Assembly: GCF_000039765.1 (NCBI RefSeq)
Contig: NC_004459.3
Span: forward strand, 1,590,001 to 1,622,000
Source of the DNA: Vibrio vulnificus CMCP6
Lineage (GTDB): Bacteria; Pseudomonadota; Gammaproteobacteria; Enterobacterales; Vibrionaceae
Direction: 5' to 3'
DNA: 32,000 nt
Shown here: positions 1 to 10,281 of the stretch, one piece after another
How positions within the stretch are numbered: position 1 is the first letter of the stretch
How the letters are laid out: every line of letters begins with the position of its first letter
The notes under the pieces: generated by a model
Told to the model about the DNA's origin: nothing
Seen by the model: the letters and a program-made list of their open reading frames with translations, nothing else
Databases searched by the model: none
Translations under genes and position numbers: made by a program

Positions 1-247
1 GCTTTTCTTCGCTATGGGCAAAGATACGCTGACGAAGTTGTCCACGATCGAGTTCGCCTTCACAAGTCAGAATATCAGCACCGAAATGGTCAACAATCGC
101 GGCCAGTCCCGCACTTCCGGGGGCAACTACCTGACGAGCGACAATGTCTGCGTCGACGATATCGATAGCAAAGTGTTGTTGAAAAAGATTGGCCACCGTT
201 GTTTTTCCGCTGGCGATACCACCAGTCAATCCAATCACTAAAGCCAT
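1..247 (-). CDS. coaE: dephospho-CoA kinase, N-terminal 82 codons only (gene continues past left edge)
   Basis: Not in the ORF track because there is no stop in the window. Reverse complement from the ATG at 247-245 reads MALVIGLTGGIASGKTTVANLFQQHFAIDIVDADIVARQVVAPGSAGLAAIVDHFGADIL..., with P-loop GxxxxGKT and VDAD..ARQVV as in E. coli CoaE. The start lies 1 nt after the pilD stop. Plus-strand ORFs 14-241 and 189-422 are antisense shadows. Confidence 0.85.
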   Translation of the reverse strand, partial: MALVIGLTGGIASGKTTVANLFQQHFAIDIVDADIVARQVVAPGSAGLAAIVDHFGADILTCEGELDRGQLRQRIFAHSEEK

Positions 248-248
248 A

Positions 249-1118
249 TTACGCCCCTATAAGATAGTTGAGATACCAAGACATCAAGCTATCTCCCCAC
301 ATCAAGGCGACCCAACCAGCAATGGCCAGATAAGGCCCAAATGGAAAAGCCATCTCAATACCTTGCTTTTGCAATCTGAGTTGAATGAGACCAAAGATCA
401 GCCCGACAACCGAAGAAAGTAAGATGATCATCGGTAGATATTGCCAGCCGAGCCAAGCTCCAAGTGCCGCAAGCAATTTAAAGTCTCCGTAACCCATGCC
501 TTCTTTCCCTGTCAGCAATCTGAAAAGGTGATAAACGCTCCAAAGGCAGAGATAGCCTGCCATCGCACCGAACACTGAATCTTGCAGAGATACTGGGCTT
601 ATCTCTAGTAACGCTAGCGCGATGCCTGTCCACGTCAGCGGCAGTGTCAGTTGATCAGGCAGTAGCATGGTATCTAAGTCGATGAAGGTGGCGGCGATCA
701 ACACCAAAGTAAAACCAATCAGTGCTACGGTAATCGGTGCATAACCGAACTTCCAAGCGACTAGGCCGCACAAGAAGGCGCTCAGTGCTTCAACAAAAGG
801 ATAGCGAGCACTGATTTTCGTCTGGCAATGGTGACATTTTCCTCTTAGAGCTAGCCAACTAAAGACAGGAATATTATCTCGAACTCGTATTGGGGTATGG
901 CACGAAGGGCAACTTGAACGCGGCGTGCTTAATGTTAGGGTTTCTGTCGGTGGTGTGATGTTGTATTCAGGAAAGGACTCTGCACACTCTTGGCGCCATT
1001 CCAGTTCCATTATTTTCGGTAGACGGTAGATGACGACGTTAAGAAAGCTGCCTACCAGTAAGCCAAACAGGGAAGCTAAACCAATATAAAGCCAAGGGTA
1101 GTATTGTAACGCGTCCAT
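249..1118 (-). CDS. pilD: type IV prepilin leader peptidase / N-methyltransferase (PilD/VcpD family)
   Basis: ORF 249-1169 is a polytopic membrane protein with the CPSC...CHHC zinc-finger-like pairs and the GxGDFK active-site aspartate motif of A24 peptidases. The track start at 1169 is a TTG inside a hairpin. The first ATG is at 1118 ([11 protein letters not shown]...), giving 289 aa, which is typical for the family. Confidence 0.93.
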
Positions 1119-1147
1119 ATAATCGTCGTTCTCTTTGTGGTGTGGGC

Positions 1148-1181
1148 AAAAATAGCTCAAGCAAGCCAATAGCTTGCTTGA
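1148..1181 (-). terminator. terminator-like hairpin in the pilC-pilD gap
   Basis: A perfect 10-bp stem (1157-1166 pairs with 1172-1181) with a 5-nt loop. On the coding (minus) strand it is followed by GCTATTTTTG. The T-run begins 4 nt after the stem, so it is not fully canonical. Confidence 0.4.
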
Positions 1182-1211
1182 TATTACAAAAGGTAAACTG
1201 CGAGGGTTATC

Positions 1212-2438
1212 TTATCCCAGAACACTCATTAAATTAAAGATCGGCAAGTACATTGCGGTGACCAATCCGCCGACGACAACGCCCAGAAAGACGATGATCA
1301 ACGGCTCGAGAATTTTACCGAGGTTGTCGACGGTGTTATCCACTTCAAACTCATAGATGGTGGCAATCTTGTTCAGCATATCGTCCATTTGGCCAGATTC
1401 TTCACCAATCATCACCATTTGCAGCACCAATTCTGGGAAAGCAAGGCTGTTGCGCATGGCGATGTACATTGGCATCCCGGCAGCGGTGTCACGATAAACA
1501 TCTTCAATCGCATATTGGTAATGTAGATTGCCAGCGGTTTTACTGGTGGTTTTTAAACTGGTGAGGATCGGGATACCTGCACTGAAACTGGTGGCCAATG
1601 TGCGGCTAAATTTGGCAATCGCCGCTTTGGATAAGACCCCACCAATCACAGGGATCTTTAAACTCAAGCGTGACATTTTTAAGCGAAATGCGGGTGATTT
1701 TTTGCTTAGACCGCGAAGTAAATAGATAGCGCTGAACAACGTAATGAAAAACCAACTGCTGTAGGCTTGCACAAAATCAGACAGGTCTAAGACTTTTTGC
1801 GTAAACCAAGGCAGTTCTGCGCCGAATCCGGTGAACATTTTGCGAAACTCGGGAATAACCTTGGTCAGCATTAAATAAGAGACGCCCAACGCGACCAGCA
1901 CGACCATGCAGGGATAAATTAGCGCCTTGATCACTTTTGCTCGCAACTGCTCATTTTTTTCCCGATAAAAAGCGAGACGTTCAAAAACTTGATCAAGATT
2001 ACCCGATTGTTCACCAGTGGCGACTAAGTCAACATAAATGCCATCGAATTGTGGGCTGGCACTGCGAAGCGCTTTGGATAACGGCGTGCCCGCTTCAACG
2101 GCTTTGCTCACATTGGCTAAAATCGACTTCATCTCGGCTTTGCGATGGTTGTCAGCAACCAATTTAAGTGATTGGAGAATAGGGACACCAGTGGTCAGCA
2201 TGGTGGCGAGTTGGCGGGTAAGCAGTGTGATGTCTTTGCCTTTGACTTTATGGCTTAACCTCGTGAAAACTGACACACTGGATTTTTTGATCTTTTTGAT
2301 CTGGATATGCTGCATTTTCAGCTTATCACGCACTTCAAGCTCGGTGAGCGCCAGCGTGTTGCCGGAAACTTTTTTTCCAGCTCCGTTAATCCCTTTCCAT
2401 TGATAGTTTTTGATTTGTGAATGGGTTTTAAGCTTCAT
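1212..2438 (-). CDS. pilC: type IV pilus assembly platform protein PilC (GspF family)
   Basis: 408-aa ORF with the duplicated GspF-type domain and three TM segments. GAAGGAAG RBS upstream of the ATG. Positioned between pilB and pilD. Confidence 0.95.
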   Translation of the reverse strand: MKLKTHSQIKNYQWKGINGAGKKVSGNTLALTELEVRDKLKMQHIQIKKIKKSSVSVFTRLSHKVKGKDITLLTRQLATMLTTGVPILQSLKLVADNHRKAEMKSILANVSKAVEAGTPLSKALRSASPQFDGIYVDLVATGEQSGNLDQVFERLAFYREKNEQLRAKVIKALIYPCMVVLVALGVSYLMLTKVIPEFRKMFTGFGAELPWFTQKVLDLSDFVQAYSSWFFITLFSAIYLLRGLSKKSPAFRLKMSRLSLKIPVIGGVLSKAAIAKFSRTLATSFSAGIPILTSLKTTSKTAGNLHYQYAIEDVYRDTAAGMPMYIAMRNSLAFPELVLQMVMIGEESGQMDDMLNKIATIYEFEVDNTVDNLGKILEPLIIVFLGVVVGGLVTAMYLPIFNLMSVLG

Positions 2439-2485
2439 ATCGCTTCCTTCAGTGCGATGAGTATCGAAAAAACAAACTATAAAAA

Positions 2486-4174
2486 TTACAAATAGAGGAC
2501 GCGTTGCAGCTCTTCTAAGCTGGTGATGCCCTGTTTGAGTTTTTCAAGGCCGGAATCTTTGAGTGTCATCATGCCTTTTTGCCGAGCAAGCATCTCCAAG
2601 CTTTGTACCGAGGCGCCTTTAACGATCGCCTCTGCAAGCTGCTCATCAAAAGGCATGACTTCGTATATACCGACACGACCGGAATAACCATGAGTACAAT
2701 GATGGCAACCCTGTTTATCAGCTTGATAAATCAAGTCGTCAGCTTTTAGACCGAGTAACTCAAATGTTGCGTTGTATGGATGAGGTTGCTTGCAATGGCT
2801 GCATAACCGACGAGCCAGACGCTGAGCAATGATCAAACTCAAGGATGAAGCTAAGTTAAAGCTGGCGATCCCCATGTTAGATAGACGAACAATGGTTTCA
2901 GCAGCCGAGTTGGTATGTAAGGTGGATAGTACAAGGTGGCCGGTTTGGGCTGCTTTGACGGCGATCTCGGCGGTTTCCAAATCTCGAATTTCCCCCACCA
3001 TGACGATATCTGGGTCTTGACGGAGAAAAGAACGCAATGCTTCTGCAAAACCAAAACCAATTTTGGGTTTCACTTGCACTTGGTTGATTCCCGGGAGGTT
3101 AATCTCGACTGGGTCTTCCGCAGTGGATATATTCACTTCTGGCCGGTTAAGTAAACTCAAGCCTGTGTACAGAGAAACGGTTTTACCGCTTCCTGTTGGG
3201 CCTGTCATCAAAATCATTCCTTGCGGTTTGCGCAGGGCATCGAGGTAGAGCTGCTTTTGTTGCGGGTTGTAGCCTAACTTATCAATATCCAAGCTACTGC
3301 TCGAGCTGTCGAGAAGTCGCAACACAATTTTTTCACCAAACAGTGTGGGTAAGGTGGAAACACGCATATCAATCGCGGTTTCTTGGTTAAGGCGCAGCTT
3401 AATCCGTCCATCTTGTGGCAGACGCCTTTCCGCAATATCCAACTTAGAGAGGATCTTGATCCTCGCGGATAAACGGCGGCTTAAATGGCTTGGGGGCTGC
3501 TGCACTTCCACCAAAATACCATCGCAACGCAATCGCACGCGGTATTGGTTTTCGTACGGTTCAAAATGAATATCAGATGCGCCTTTGCGTACCGCATCCA
3601 GCAGGATTTGGTTGATAAAGCGGCTAACGGGGGATTCATCTTGGCTTAAGTCTTCAATTGACTCGACTTCGTCATCTGAAACCTCGACCAAATTCGCCAG
3701 CTCATCTTGGTGAATCTCTTTTAACCCAGAGCTTTGGCTCTGTTTGATGCTCTTTCCATAGAGTCTACGAATTGCCGCTTGCAGTTCTTGGCAATCGGCT
3801 AAAACAATCTCCACTTGCACGCCTGTGGCAAAACGGAAATCATCTTCAGCTTGAATATTGGTAGGGTCTGCAACCGCGAGTATTAAACCAGCGTTGCTTT
3901 TTTGCAGTGGCAGCGCTTGGTGACGGGTGATTAGCTCACGTAATCCAAGTTGATTACACAGCTCTTGGTAGTCATATTGGTTGAGGTCAGTGCGTGGTAA
4001 GCCAAAAATCGCGCTTAGCTGCTCGGTTAATTCATCCGGCTGGAAAAATCCCAGTCGCAACAAAGCTTCCGGTGCTGTCACACCAGAAGCTTGTATTGTC
4101 TCTCGACACGCTTGTTCTTGCGTTAGGCTAAGCTGATTGGCCTGACGCAGAATAGTGGAGAGATTCGACATCAT
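2486..4174 (-). CDS. pilB: type IV pilus assembly ATPase PilB (GspE family)
   Basis: Walker A GPTGSGKT, Asp box, Walker [13 protein letters not shown], His box and the tetracysteine CSHC...CHHC motif. The track start 4192 (MYCHLL) lies inside pilA. The likely start is the ATG at 4174 (MMSNLSTIL), which overlaps the pilA stop as TAATG. Confidence 0.95.
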   Translation of the reverse strand: MMSNLSTILRQANQLSLTQEQACRETIQASGVTAPEALLRLGFFQPDELTEQLSAIFGLPRTDLNQYDYQELCNQLGLRELITRHQALPLQKSNAGLILAVADPTNIQAEDDFRFATGVQVEIVLADCQELQAAIRRLYGKSIKQSQSSGLKEIHQDELANLVEVSDDEVESIEDLSQDESPVSRFINQILLDAVRKGASDIHFEPYENQYRVRLRCDGILVEVQQPPSHLSRRLSARIKILSKLDIAERRLPQDGRIKLRLNQETAIDMRVSTLPTLFGEKIVLRLLDSSSSSLDIDKLGYNPQQKQLYLDALRKPQGMILMTGPTGSGKTVSLYTGLSLLNRPEVNISTAEDPVEINLPGINQVQVKPKIGFGFAEALRSFLRQDPDIVMVGEIRDLETAEIAVKAAQTGHLVLSTLHTNSAAETIVRLSNMGIASFNLASSLSLIIAQRLARRLCSHCKQPHPYNATFELLGLKADDLIYQADKQGCHHCTHGYSGRVGIYEVMPFDEQLAEAIVKGASVQSLEMLARQKGMMTLKDSGLEKLKQGITSLEELQRVLYL

Positions 4175-4620
4175 TAATAAGTGGCAGTACAACTATTTGG
4201 ACGAGAATCTGCAGGTACATTTTTTGTCGCACAGCTCCAACCAGTAGTGTTGTTTTTCGAGTACTGGACTGAGGCAGTTTTGCCTTTGAGTGTACCTTCG
4301 GTAAAGGCAAAAGTTGCTGTTCCACCACTAGTACCAACTGGCAACAGTGTTATGGTACCAAGAGCATTCATTGTTGAAGTGCCGCCAACTAAATTGGCAT
4401 TGTTTGGAAAAGTTCCGCCATTTTCTTGCTGATACATATCAATGTTTGTTAGTAATCCTCTTACTGTTGCTGATGCCGATGCAACTTCAGTTTTTTGAAC
4501 GTAATTCTGATACGCTGGAATAGCAACAGCAGCCAATACACCAATAATCGCCACCACTATCATTAACTCAATCAAGGTAAAACCTTGTTGTTTCTTGGTT
4601 TTGTTCAATTTCTTCATCAT
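4174..4620 (-). CDS. pilA: type IVa major pilin PilA (148 aa precursor)
   Basis: Class III signal [13 protein letters not shown]|[27 protein letters not shown], with Gly-1/Phe+1/Glu+5. C-terminal Cys pair C-X13-C ([21 protein letters not shown]). AAAGGAAATC RBS directly before the ATG at 4620. The track start 4674 would run through the predicted promoter. Confidence 0.93.
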   Translation of the reverse strand: MMKKLNKTKKQQGFTLIELMIVVAIIGVLAAVAIPAYQNYVQKTEVASASATVRGLLTNIDMYQQENGGTFPNNANLVGGTSTMNALGTITLLPVGTSGGTATFAFTEGTLKGKTASVQYSKNNTTGWSCATKNVPADSRPNSCTATY

Positions 4621-4705
4621 GATTTCCTTTAATCTATCAAATTCGCTCCGCGAGCTTGCGGCTAGATTATGCAAGGAGTAGACGAGTGGAAATCACACCA
4701 AGAGC

Positions 4706-4719
4706 ATCACTCGAGTGAT
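4706..4719. promoter_or_regulatory. perfect 14-bp palindrome ATCACTCGAGTGAT upstream of pilA (candidate operator)
   Basis: Read directly from the sequence, 86-99 nt upstream of the pilA ATG. A TGTGA half-site (minus strand, 4693-4697) and a CATAAT -10 candidate (minus strand, 4666-4671) lie between it and the gene. Confidence 0.3.
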
Positions 4720-4790
4720 TTAAAATTCTTTGCGCTTTATTTACATCTGGTTACTTACAAGATGCGATGCTGCCCCAAAATTTCGCAGCT

Positions 4791-4824
4791 CAAATAAAAA
4801 CGGGAGCCTGAAGCTCCCGTTTTG
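4791..4824 (-). terminator. rho-independent terminator of nadC
   Basis: CGGGAGC/GCTCCCG stem extended by A:T pairs (4797-4807 pairs with 4813-4823) with a 5-nt loop. On the minus strand it is followed by TTTTTATTTG, 16 nt after the nadC stop. Confidence 0.85.
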
Positions 4825-4839
4825 TGATCTGGTCGGTAT

Positions 4840-5793
<954 letters not shown>

Positions 5794-5819
5794 TTAATTG
5801 ACAAGCCCATGGAGATGAT

Positions 5820-6392
5820 ATGCAAGCTGTGATCACGCAAGGATGGTTGGAGGGCGTTAAGCGAGTTTCATCGCCGTTTTTTGATGCGAGACCTCAAGGA
5901 AAGCCAATTTCTCTGCTGGTGGTGCACAATATTAGCCTGCCTCCTGGTCAATTCGGTGGCCGCTATATAGAGGACTTTTTTCAAGGCCAGCTTGACCCAA
6001 GCGAGCATCCTTTTTTCCAAGTGATTCATCAGATGCGCGTCTCGGCTCACTGCTTGATTAAAAGAGATGGGGAAGTGGTGCAGTTTGTCTCTTTTGATGA
6101 TCGCGCTTGGCATGCTGGTGCATCCAGCTTTGCAGGGGTTGAGCGTTGCAATGACTATTCGATAGGTATTGAGCTTGAGGGCAGTGATTTTGTCGCTTAT
6201 ACCGAAGCGCAGTATCAAGCGTTAAGCGAGCTCAGCAAAACCTTAATGCGCCAATATCCGCACATCACCCTTCCTCGAATTACTGGCCACCAATACATTG
6301 CACCGCTGAGAAAAACTGATCCCGGTTTAAGTTTTGACTGGCGTTATTATCGAACTTTACTTTCTCAAAATGGGGCGGTTGCAAAAATGTAA
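5820..6392 (+). CDS. ampD: 1,6-anhydro-N-acetylmuramyl-L-alanine amidase AmpD
   Basis: 190-aa ORF collinear with E. coli AmpD (GWL.G...V.SP..D.RP......LLVVHNISLPPG.FGG, RVSAHCLI.RDGE.VQ, RAWHAG.S, CND.SIGIELEG). GGAGA RBS 5 nt upstream. Confidence 0.95.
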   Translation: MQAVITQGWLEGVKRVSSPFFDARPQGKPISLLVVHNISLPPGQFGGRYIEDFFQGQLDPSEHPFFQVIHQMRVSAHCLIKRDGEVVQFVSFDDRAWHAGASSFAGVERCNDYSIGIELEGSDFVAYTEAQYQALSELSKTLMRQYPHITLPRITGHQYIAPLRKTDPGLSFDWRYYRTLLSQNGAVAKM

Positions 6393-6417
6393 ACCAATCG
6401 CAAGGTTGTCACAAAAG

Positions 6418-6444
6418 GGTAAGCATCATGGCTTACCTTTTTTT
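6418..6444 (+). terminator. rho-independent terminator of ampD
   Basis: GGTAAGC/GCTTACC stem with a 6-nt loop, followed by T7. Confidence 0.85.
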
Positions 6445-6597
6445 ATATCGAAAATTATTTCGTCTTGTTAAAAGTTAACTACGTTTAATCATGGGGTAAG
6501 CGACTTGAGGGGCAAATGAGGCAAAATATTTTGTCTTTTTTTGTTTTTCTTTCACCGTTTTGCTAGCACGCCCTTTCCCCATCTGTTTACTATTTGT

Positions 6598-6614
6598 AAT
6601 TGGTAAGACCAATT
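6598..6614. promoter_or_regulatory. PdhR operator (distal box) AATTGGTAAGACCAATT
   Basis: Perfect match to the PdhR consensus ATTGGT-N3-ACCAAT. To my recollection it is identical to the E. coli pdhR-promoter box. It lies 167 nt upstream of the pdhR ATG. Confidence 0.8.
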
Positions 6615-6735
6615 CTATTGCCGTTTTAATGAACGAATGTTAGCAAAGTGTTGAAGCGTGAGCTGTTCTATGATTTAGGTCAATTTTTGGCTGGACAGTT
6701 GCGTTTTAATTATGTTAATTTCTGCACCAACTTAG

Positions 6736-6752
6736 AATTGGTATTACCAATT
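6736..6752. promoter_or_regulatory. PdhR operator (proximal box) AATTGGTATTACCAATT
   Basis: A second perfect ATTGGT-N3-ACCAAT palindrome, 29 nt upstream of the pdhR ATG. Confidence 0.75.
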
Positions 6753-6780
6753 AACAGCAAAGAGAAAAAGAATAATAAAT

Positions 6781-7548
6781 ATGGCTTATCAAAGGATTCG
6801 TCAGCCGAAACTTTCTGATGTGATTGAACAAGAGTTGGAAAGATTGATCGTCGAGGGAATATTGGCACCGGGGCAACAATTGCCACCAGAACGCGAACTG
6901 GCCAAACAGTTCGAGGTGTCTCGTCCTTCTGTACGTGAAGCAATTCAACGCTTGGAAGCCAAACGTCTGCTTACTCGTCGTCAAGGCGGTGGCACGTTTG
7001 TCAGTGAGAACATTTGGAAAAGTTTCTCTGATCCTCTGCTAAATTTATTATCCAGCCACTCTGAAACACAGCTTGATTTACTTGAATCGCGCCATGCGAT
7101 GGAAGGTATTTCTGCGTATTTCGCTGCATTGCGTGGTACCGAGCAAGACTTTGCCCGCATTCAGGCTTGCCTGGAAAAGATTAGCGCAGAGCAGACAAAA
7201 CAGAATGTAGAAGCGGAAGCGGCCGCGGTGATGGCGTTTTTGGTTGCATTAACCGAAGCCTCGCACAACGTCGTGCTGCTGCATATTGTTCGTAGTCTCT
7301 CGCCGTTACTGGAGCAAAATGTCTTACAGAATCTGAAATTACTGCACCGCCGCGCTGAAGTGGTGGAAAAAGTCAGTAAACATCGGGCTAATATTGTGGA
7401 TGCGATTGTTTCTGGTCAGCCAGAAAAGGCGCGTGAAATGTCCCATTCGCATTTAGCGTACATCGAAGAAACATTGTTGGATTTGACTCGTGAAGAGTCA
7501 CGTAGAGAACGCTCTTTACGTCGAATTCAACGAGGTAATGAGTCTTAA
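6781..7548 (+). CDS. pdhR: pyruvate dehydrogenase complex repressor (GntR/FadR family)
   Basis: 255-aa ORF with an N-terminal GntR wHTH ([27 protein letters not shown]) and a FadR-type C-terminal domain. It lies directly upstream of aceE, as in E. coli. Confidence 0.95.
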   Translation: MAYQRIRQPKLSDVIEQELERLIVEGILAPGQQLPPERELAKQFEVSRPSVREAIQRLEAKRLLTRRQGGGTFVSENIWKSFSDPLLNLLSSHSETQLDLLESRHAMEGISAYFAALRGTEQDFARIQACLEKISAEQTKQNVEAEAAAVMAFLVALTEASHNVVLLHIVRSLSPLLEQNVLQNLKLLHRRAEVVEKVSKHRANIVDAIVSGQPEKAREMSHSHLAYIEETLLDLTREESRRERSLRRIQRGNES

Positions 7549-7601
7549 TCGGACTCATTGCAAGTTTAACGTAGATCCAACCAACAGAAGGATAGATCGC
7601 C

Positions 7602-10262
7602 ATGTCTGATATGAAGCATGACGTAGACGCACTTGAAACTCAAGAATGGTTACAAGCACTTGAGTCAGTAGTTCGTGAAGAAGGTGTAGAACGTGCACAG
7701 TACCTATTAGAGCAAGTTCTAGACAAAGCTCGCCTAGATGGCGTTGATATGCCGACTGGCATCACAACCAACTACATCAACACGATTCCAGCGAACCAAG
7801 AACCAGCTTACCCTGGTGATACTACGCTTGAGCGTCGAATCCGTTCCATCATCCGTTGGAACGCAATCATGATCGTTCTACGTGCTTCTAAGAAAGACCT
7901 AGAGCTAGGCGGCCACATGGCGTCTTTCCAGTCTTCTGCAGCATTCTACGAAACCTGTTTCAACCACTTCTTCCGTGCTCCAAACGAGAAAGATGGTGGC
8001 GATTTGGTTTACTACCAAGGCCATATTTCTCCAGGGATCTACGCACGTGCTTTCGTTGAAGGTCGTCTAACGGCTGAGCAACTAGACAACTTCCGTCAAG
8101 AAGTGGACGGCAAAGGTATCCCATCATACCCGCACCCTAAACTAATGCCTGAGTTCTGGCAGTTCCCAACCGTATCTATGGGTCTAGGTCCGATTTCTGC
8201 GATCTACCAAGCGCGCTTCCTGAAGTACCTTGAAGGCCGTGGCATGAAGGATACCTCTGAGCAGCGTGTATACGCGTTCCTAGGTGACGGTGAGATGGAT
8301 GAGCCAGAATCACGTGGTGCTATCTCTTTCGCTGCGCGTGAAAAACTAGACAACCTATGTTTCCTAATCAACTGTAACCTACAGCGTCTAGACGGTCCTG
8401 TTATGGGTAACGGTAAGATCATTCAAGAACTTGAAGGTCTGTTCAAAGGTGCTGGTTGGAACGTAGTGAAGGTTATCTGGGGTAACAACTGGGATTCACT
8501 ACTAGCAAAAGACACCACGGGTAAGCTTCTTCAACTGATGAACGAAACCATCGATGGTGACTACCAAACATTCAAATCGAAAGATGGCGCGTACGTACGT
8601 GAGCACTTCTTTGGTAAGTACCCTGAAACTGCAGCGCTCGTTGCAGACATGACTGACGATGAAATCTTCGCACTTAAGCGTGGTGGTCACGAGTCTTCTA
8701 AACTGTACGCTGCATTCAAAAATGCACAAGACACCAAAGGTCGTCCAACGGTTATCCTAGCGAAAACGGTTAAAGGTTACGGCATGGGTGAAGCGGCAGA
8801 AGGTAAGAACATCGCGCACCAAGTTAAGAAGATGGATATGACTCACGTGCTACATCTACGTGATCGCCTAGGTCTTCAAGACATCCTAACTGACGAAGCA
8901 GTGAAAGAACTTCCATACCTAACTTTGGAAGAAGGTTCGAAAGAATACGAATACCTACACGCTCGTCGTAAAGCACTGAAAGGTTACACGCCGCAGCGTC
9001 TACCTAACTTTACCCAAGAGCTTGTTATTCCAGCTGTTGAGGAGTTCCAACCTCTGCTAGAAGAGCAGAAGCGTGACATCTCTACAACTATGGCGTTTGT
9101 ACGTACTCTAAACGTACTGCTTAAAGATAAGAACATCGGTAAGAACATTGTTCCTATCATTGCCGATGAAGCACGTACATTCGGTATGGAAGGTCTGTTC
9201 CGTCAAATCGGTATTTACAACCCGCACGGCCAGAACTACACGCCACAAGACCGTGACATCGTTTCTTACTACAAAGAAGCAACGTCAGGTCAGGTACTGC
9301 AAGAAGGTATCAATGAGCTAGGTGCTATGTCTTCATGGGTTGCGGCGGCAACGTCATACTCGACCAATGACCTACCAATGATCCCGTTCTACATCTACTA
9401 CTCTATGTTCGGTTTCCAACGTGTTGGCGACATGGCATGGATGGCGGGTGACCAACAAGCTCGTGGTTTCCTACTTGGTGCAACTGCAGGTCGTACAACG
9501 CTAAACGGTGAAGGTCTACAACACGAAGACGGTCACTCACACATCATGGCAGGTACTGTACCGAACTGTATCTCTTACGACCCAACATTCGCTTACGAAG
9601 TTGCAGTTATCCTACAAGACGGTATCCGTCGTATGTATGGTGATCAAGAGAACGTGTTCTACTACCTAACTCTGATGAACGAGAACTACGCAATGCCAGC
9701 AATGCCAGAAGGCGCTGAAGAAGGCATTCGTAAGGGTATCTACAAGCTAGAAACTTACACGGGTTCGAAAGGTAAAGTTCAGCTGTTGAGCTCTGGTACT
9801 ATCATGAACGAAGTGCGTAAAGCGGCTCAAATCCTAAGCGATGAGTACGGCATTGCGTCAGACGTTTACTCTGTAACGTCGTTCAATGAAGTGACTCGTG
9901 ATGGTCAAGCGTGCGAGCGTTACAACATGCTTCACCCAGAAGCAGAAGCGCAAGTACCTTACATCCAAACAGTAATGGGTACTGAGCCTGCAATCGCGGC
10001 GACTGACTACATGAAGAACTACGCAGAGCAGGTTCGTGCATTCATTCCTGCTGAGTCTTACAAAGTGCTGGGTACTGACGGCTTTGGTCGTTCAGACAGC
10101 CGTGAAAACCTACGTCGTCACTTCGAAGTGAACGCAGGTTACGTGGTTGTTGCAGCGCTAACTGAACTGGCGAAACGTGGTGACGTTGAGAAATCTGTGA
10201 TTGCAGAAGCAATTAAGAAGTTCGACATCGACACTGAAAAAACTAACCCGCTATACGCTTAA
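7602..10262 (+). CDS. aceE: pyruvate dehydrogenase E1 component
   Basis: 886-aa ORF of homodimeric-type E1 with the ThDP motif GDGEMDEPES...NCNLQRLDG. Strong highly-expressed codon bias. GAAGGA RBS. Confidence 0.97.
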   Translation: MSDMKHDVDALETQEWLQALESVVREEGVERAQYLLEQVLDKARLDGVDMPTGITTNYINTIPANQEPAYPGDTTLERRIRSIIRWNAIMIVLRASKKDLELGGHMASFQSSAAFYETCFNHFFRAPNEKDGGDLVYYQGHISPGIYARAFVEGRLTAEQLDNFRQEVDGKGIPSYPHPKLMPEFWQFPTVSMGLGPISAIYQARFLKYLEGRGMKDTSEQRVYAFLGDGEMDEPESRGAISFAAREKLDNLCFLINCNLQRLDGPVMGNGKIIQELEGLFKGAGWNVVKVIWGNNWDSLLAKDTTGKLLQLMNETIDGDYQTFKSKDGAYVREHFFGKYPETAALVADMTDDEIFALKRGGHESSKLYAAFKNAQDTKGRPTVILAKTVKGYGMGEAAEGKNIAHQVKKMDMTHVLHLRDRLGLQDILTDEAVKELPYLTLEEGSKEYEYLHARRKALKGYTPQRLPNFTQELVIPAVEEFQPLLEEQKRDISTTMAFVRTLNVLLKDKNIGKNIVPIIADEARTFGMEGLFRQIGIYNPHGQNYTPQDRDIVSYYKEATSGQVLQEGINELGAMSSWVAAATSYSTNDLPMIPFYIYYSMFGFQRVGDMAWMAGDQQARGFLLGATAGRTTLNGEGLQHEDGHSHIMAGTVPNCISYDPTFAYEVAVILQDGIRRMYGDQENVFYYLTLMNENYAMPAMPEGAEEGIRKGIYKLETYTGSKGKVQLLSSGTIMNEVRKAAQILSDEYGIASDVYSVTSFNEVTRDGQACERYNMLHPEAEAQVPYIQTVMGTEPAIAATDYMKNYAEQVRAFIPAESYKVLGTDGFGRSDSRENLRRHFEVNAGYVVVAALTELAKRGDVEKSVIAEAIKKFDIDTEKTNPLYA

Positions 10263-10281
10263 TTGAAGGTAGGAAAGAATA

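Noticed and set aside
14-422. Plus-strand ORFs 14-241 (75 aa) and 189-422 (77 aa) at the left edge
   Set aside because: The opposite strand encodes the clear CoaE N-terminus (P-loop) and the PilD C-terminus, so the plus-strand frames are shadows.
4763-4787. TGCGA...TCGCA inverted pentamers upstream of pilA, resembling a CRP-S competence site
   Set aside because: The spacing is 15 nt instead of the 6 nt required for a CRP/CRP-S dimer site. The element also overlaps the region just upstream of the nadC terminator.
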